The notes below the pieces were generated by a model. It searched no databases. It was not told the DNA's origin and was given only the letters and a program-made list of their open reading frames with translations. 64,000 bases of DNA from Malacoraja senta (Eukaryota), in the NCBI GenBank assembly GCA_038087875.1, contig CM075980.1, positions 10,292,001 through 10,356,000 on the forward strand, in the 5' to 3' direction. A program made the position numbers and the translations under genes. How positions within the stretch are numbered: position 1 is the first letter of the stretch; every line of letters begins with the position of its first letter. Shown piece after piece: positions 59,631-64,000 of the stretch.

Positions 59631-59929
59631 CACCCAATGGGGTGAAGAGGGAGAGACAAATCAACCATGATTGAATGGCGGAGTTGACTTGATGGGCCAA
59701 GTGGCCTAATTCTACTGTTCCTTATGACATTATGACCTTAACACTGGACCGCGCGGATTCGGTGGGCCGAAGTGCCTGTTTCCGCGCTGATTCTCTGCAC
59801 TAAACTAAAAATGCTTACTAAAATCCATGTGTATAACCTCCAGCCCTACCTTCAGCAATCTCCTTCGTCGTCTCCGCAAAAAAACGATTTATTAAGACAC
59901 GGCCTGCCACCTAGCCAAGGTAAGCTAGC

Positions 59930-61757
59930 CAAGAATCTATAGGAGGATAGTAAAAGCTTCTTTAGGTGAAGAGGAAAAAATAGTTAAGACCAAATTTGGA
60001 CCTTTGAAGACTGAAAAGGGTGAATTTATTATGGGGATCAAGTGAATGGTAGATGAGTTGAACATGTACTTTGGATCCGTCTTCACTAAGGAGGACACAA
60101 ACAATCTTCCTGATGTACTGGCCAGAGGATCTGGGGTGATGGAGGAACTGAAGGAAATGGTGTTGGGTAGACTGATGGGACTGAAGGCTGATAAATCTCC
60201 AGGGCCTGATGGTCTGCATCCCAGGATACTTAAGGAGGTGGCTCTAGAATTCGTGGACGCATTGGTGATCATTTTCCAATGTTCTATAAATTCAGGATCA
60301 GTCCCAGTGGATTGGAGGGTAAATAATGTTATCCGACATTTTAAGAAAGCAGGAGAGAGAAAACAGGGAATTATAGACCAGTTAGCCTGACATCGATAGT
60401 GGGGAAGATGTGGAGTCAATCATAAAATATTAAATAGCGGCACGTTTGGATAGCAGTAACAGGATCTGTCCGAGTCACCATGGATTTACGAAGAGGAAAT
60501 CATGCTTGACTAATCTTCTGGAATTTTTTGAGGATGTGACTAGGAAAATGGACAAGGTAGAGCCAGTAGATGTAGTTACCGGGACTTTCAGTAAGCATTT
60601 GATATGGTCCCACATAGGAACTAGTGGGCAAAATGACGGCACATGGTATTGTGGGTAGTGTGCTGACATGGATAGAAAATTTGATTGGCAGACAGGAAAC
60701 AAAGAGTACGGATTAACGGGTCCCTTTCAGAATGGCAGGCAGTGACTATTGGGGCACCGTAAGGCTCGGTGCTGGGACCACAACTATTTACCATATATAT
60801 TAATGATTTAGATGAAGGGATTAAAAGTAACATTAGCAAATTTACAGATGACACAAAGCTGGGTGGCAGTGTGAACTGTGAGGAGGATGCTATGAGAAAG
60901 CAGGGTGACTTGGACAGGTTGGGTGAGTGGGCAGATGCATGTCTGATAAAGTTTAATTTGGATTAATGTGAAGTTATCCACTTTGGTAGCAAAAACAGGA
61001 AGGAATATTATTGTCCAAATGGTTTCAAGTTGGTAAACGGGGTAGTACAACGGGATCTGGGGATCCTTGTTCATCAGTCCATGAAGGTAAGCATGCAGGT
61101 ACAGGAGGCAGTGAAGAAAGCGAATGGCATGTTGGCCTTCATAACAAGAGGAGTTGAGTAGAGGAGCAAAGAGGTCCTTCTGCAGTTGTACAGGGCCCTA
61201 GTGAGACTACACCTGGAGAATTGTGTGCAGTTTTGGTCTCCAAATTTGAGGAAGGGCATTCTTGCTATTGAGGGAGTGCAGGGTAGGTTCACAAGGTTAA
61301 TTCCTGGGATGGCGGGACAGTCATGTGCTGAGAGAATGGAGCGGCTGGGCTTGTATACTCTGAATTTAGTAGGATGAGAGGCAATCTTATTGAAACATAT
61401 AAGATTATTAACGGTTTGGACACACTAGAGGCAGGAAACACGTTCCCGATGTTGGGGGAGTCCAGAACCAGGGGCCACAGTATAAGAATAAGCGGTAAGG
61501 CATTTAGAACGGAGATGAGGAAACACTTTTTCACACTGAGAGTTATGAGTCTGTGGAATTCTCTGCCTCAGAGGGCGGTGGAGGCCGCTTCTCTGGAAAC
61601 TTTCAAGAGATTGCTAGATAGGGCTCTTGAAAGATAGCGGAGTCAGGGGATATGGGAGAAGGCATGAACGTGGTACTGATTGTGGATAATCAGCCATGAT
61701 CACATTGAATGGCAGTGCTGGCTTGAAGGGTCTGCACCTATTGTCTATTGTCTATTA
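59930..61757 (+). mobile_element. CR1 LINE, same subfamily as 20225-22500
   Basis: KSPGPDGLHPRILKE, LGPQLFTIYINDLDEG; (ctattgt)n tail. Confidence 0.9.
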
Positions 61758-61789
61758 TTCAGCCATGCCTATTGCTAACTAGCTCATTC

Positions 61790-64000
61790 TCCTTCAAATG
61801 GGAGTAAATCTCAAATAATTATCTCAATAGTTTCCTATCACTGACGTGCGTCTCACCGGCCTCTATATCCCTGGATTCTTTCTACGTCTCAATCAACAAA
61901 GGAACAACTGGACATTTTCCAGTCCTCTTGGTACTCGCCTGTAGCAAGAGAAAAAGCAAAGATTCTTGTCAAGACCCCTGGAATCACCTCTCTTGCCTCC
62001 CTCAATCAACTGGGATAGATACCAAAGGGTGCAGGGGACCTATCCAACTCAATGTTCCTCAAGAGCCTTACTGCCGTTCTTTTTTTATCTCAAGTCACCA
62101 GTTACATTTCCCAACTCACATTACATTTCATGACCAGTTTGGCCCTACTCAACACCCGGTTGAGCTCTTTGCTACTTGCCATTCCTCATAGTCCCCGCAT
62201 GATGCCACTTTGTAAATCTGACATACGCTCCTGCTTTGTTTCTGGAAAGGTTTATAACCTCGGTAGTCATTCACGGATCCCTTATCATGCCATCGTTATC
62301 CATCCTCCTTACTGGAACATGCTGATCCTGTACTTTGGTCAGCTGGTCTTGAAATAACTCCCATATGTTAGCTGTGGACATACTCAATAACAACTGCTCC
62401 CAAACTCCTGCCTAATGACATTTTAATGTTTTGCTTCTGCCAGCATCCAGACCAATCCTTATTCAAACCAATATTAAACCTTGTAAAGTTGTGGTCAAAT
62501 CCCCAAGTGCTCTTCCAGCATACCACCAGTCACATGGCCAAGCTCATTTCCCAACACAAGGTCCAGTATCGTCCATCACATTCAGACTATCCATACACCG
62601 TTAAGGCAAATTTATTTGGATATACTTCATAAATTCTACCTCGTTTAACCCCCTTGCACTGAACAAAAAACAGCCAACATTGGGGAAGTTAACGATACCT
62701 ACCACAACAACACTGTAGTTCATGCATCTGTATGCATATCCGATCCATCTCCCGCTGATTATTGGGTAGGTCCCATATCATAATCCCATTAGAGAAACTG
62801 TTCATTTCTTATTTTTAAGCACAAACCCATATGCCTCAATAGATGTACCGTCCAGTATGTCCACTCTGAGTACCGCCATCTCAAATATCGAAGCCCTGAT
62901 ACATTGAACTGCCAGTCATGTCTCTCCCACAACAAAGTTTTCATATCGGCCACGACATTATTATTCCAAGCACTGATCTCGACTCTCTGCGTTCATTAAG
63001 CTTAATCCACAATACTCCTTGCTTAAATAAACCATTTCATCCCCTAATTGCCCCATAATCATGAACCACTCCCTGCCCATCATCAGCCTTTTCCATTTGC
63101 AGACTTGCTCCTTTCGTTCCCATTCTCTGTCCATTCCAACTTAAATTATACAGAGTAGTACGAGCAAACTTCACTGCAATGATGTTTGTGTCCCGTCAGT
63201 TCAAGTGCAACCTGTCCCTCTTGTGCAGGTCGCCTTTGCGGCAATAGAAATCTCAATTGTGTACAATATGAATCTTTTCCCCTGCTCCAACACCTCGTCA
63301 TGCATTCATCTGTCCTATCCTCCTATTGCTACCCTCACTAACACGTGGCAACTGTAGAAATCTAGAGATTACCACCCTGCACGTGGTAATTTAAACTTTT
63401 ACCTAACTTTGACACTCGGTCGGACCTCATTGCTCTTCGTTATATTTGCTGAACTCACTATATTCACTCCACAGGCCCCCATCCCTTTTCCTAACTATTT
63501 TCCCAACTCTTTATACTGACTCTATAGGACCTCATCCAGTTCCCTTACATATCATTTGTGCTGACATGCACAACGACTTCTGTCTGTTCACCCACCAGCT
63601 CGAAAATGCTCTGCAGTTGTTCCAGGACTAGATCCTTGCACCAGAGAGGCAACAGTCCATACATGAGCCCTATTTGCTCCTGTCTGTCCCCCGCACTAAT
63701 GTGTTTTATCACAATCACTGCCTGACTTCATACCGCAGCACATCAGAGACAGGCCCCAGTGCCACAGACATGACAACTGCTGCTGTCCCCTGAACGGTTA
63801 CCCCCTCAACAGGTGCAAAAGAACATAGGTGTTTTGCAGGAGAATGCCTACAGGGGATTCCTGAACCCTCTGCCTACTGCCTTTGCTGATGGTCATTCAT
63901 CCATTCTTTGTCCGCACCACAGGTGTGAGTACCTCACTATGACTCCTAACTATGACTTGCTCACTCTGTGGACGAACACGAGGTCATCCAATTGCAACAG
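61790..64000 (-). mobile_element. Old CR1 5' region (ORF1 esterase and endonuclease remnants)
   Basis: Minus strand around 63150-63240 reads DLHKRDRLHLN..TNII, the D-G-L-H-L-N SGNH-esterase motif of CR1 ORF1; the rest is decayed. Confidence 0.5.

Noticed and set aside
59904-59917. CTCF-like site (TGGCTAGGTGGCAG on the minus strand)
   Set aside because: Lacks the highly conserved CC of the core; no convincing CTCF sites were found at cluster boundaries by eye.
59930-61757. Segmental duplication with 20690-22500
   Set aside because: Similarity is confined to the CR1 body with different truncations and deletions and unrelated flanks; independent insertions.

Overview
AT-rich, repeat-dense genomic DNA from a cartilaginous fish (probably a skate or ray, judged from V-SINE, CR1 and Penelope repeat types). 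It holds a head-to-tail array of four apparently intact immunoglobulin light-chain clusters of the lambda / type II (NS3-like) class. Each is leader exon - germline-joined V-J exon - C exon on the + strand, with no RSS between V and J: cluster 1 1373-3419, cluster 2 24953-27794, cluster 3 41823-45005, cluster 4 54569-57968. All splice in frame (237, 236, 239, 238 aa). An orphan, frameshifted cluster-3-like C pseudo-exon lies at 31688-31958. The spacers are filled with L1, Rex1/Babar, CR1, Penelope and V-SINE fragments, several of them nested, and there are two N-gaps. The most notable observations are: (i) CDR1 and CDR3 lengths are fixed while CDR2 steps 11/12/13/14 residues; (ii) an 80-codon C-exon tract has no synonymous differences between clusters 1 and 2; (iii) poly(A) signals and promoter elements have turned over reciprocally between paralogues; (iv) about 15 Penelope-derived loci share a minimal hammerhead-ribozyme consensus, several as fold-back dimers; (v) an L1-in-L1 insertion has intact TSDs and a 30-bp locally templated patch. 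All counts and alignments were done by eye; no database search was run.
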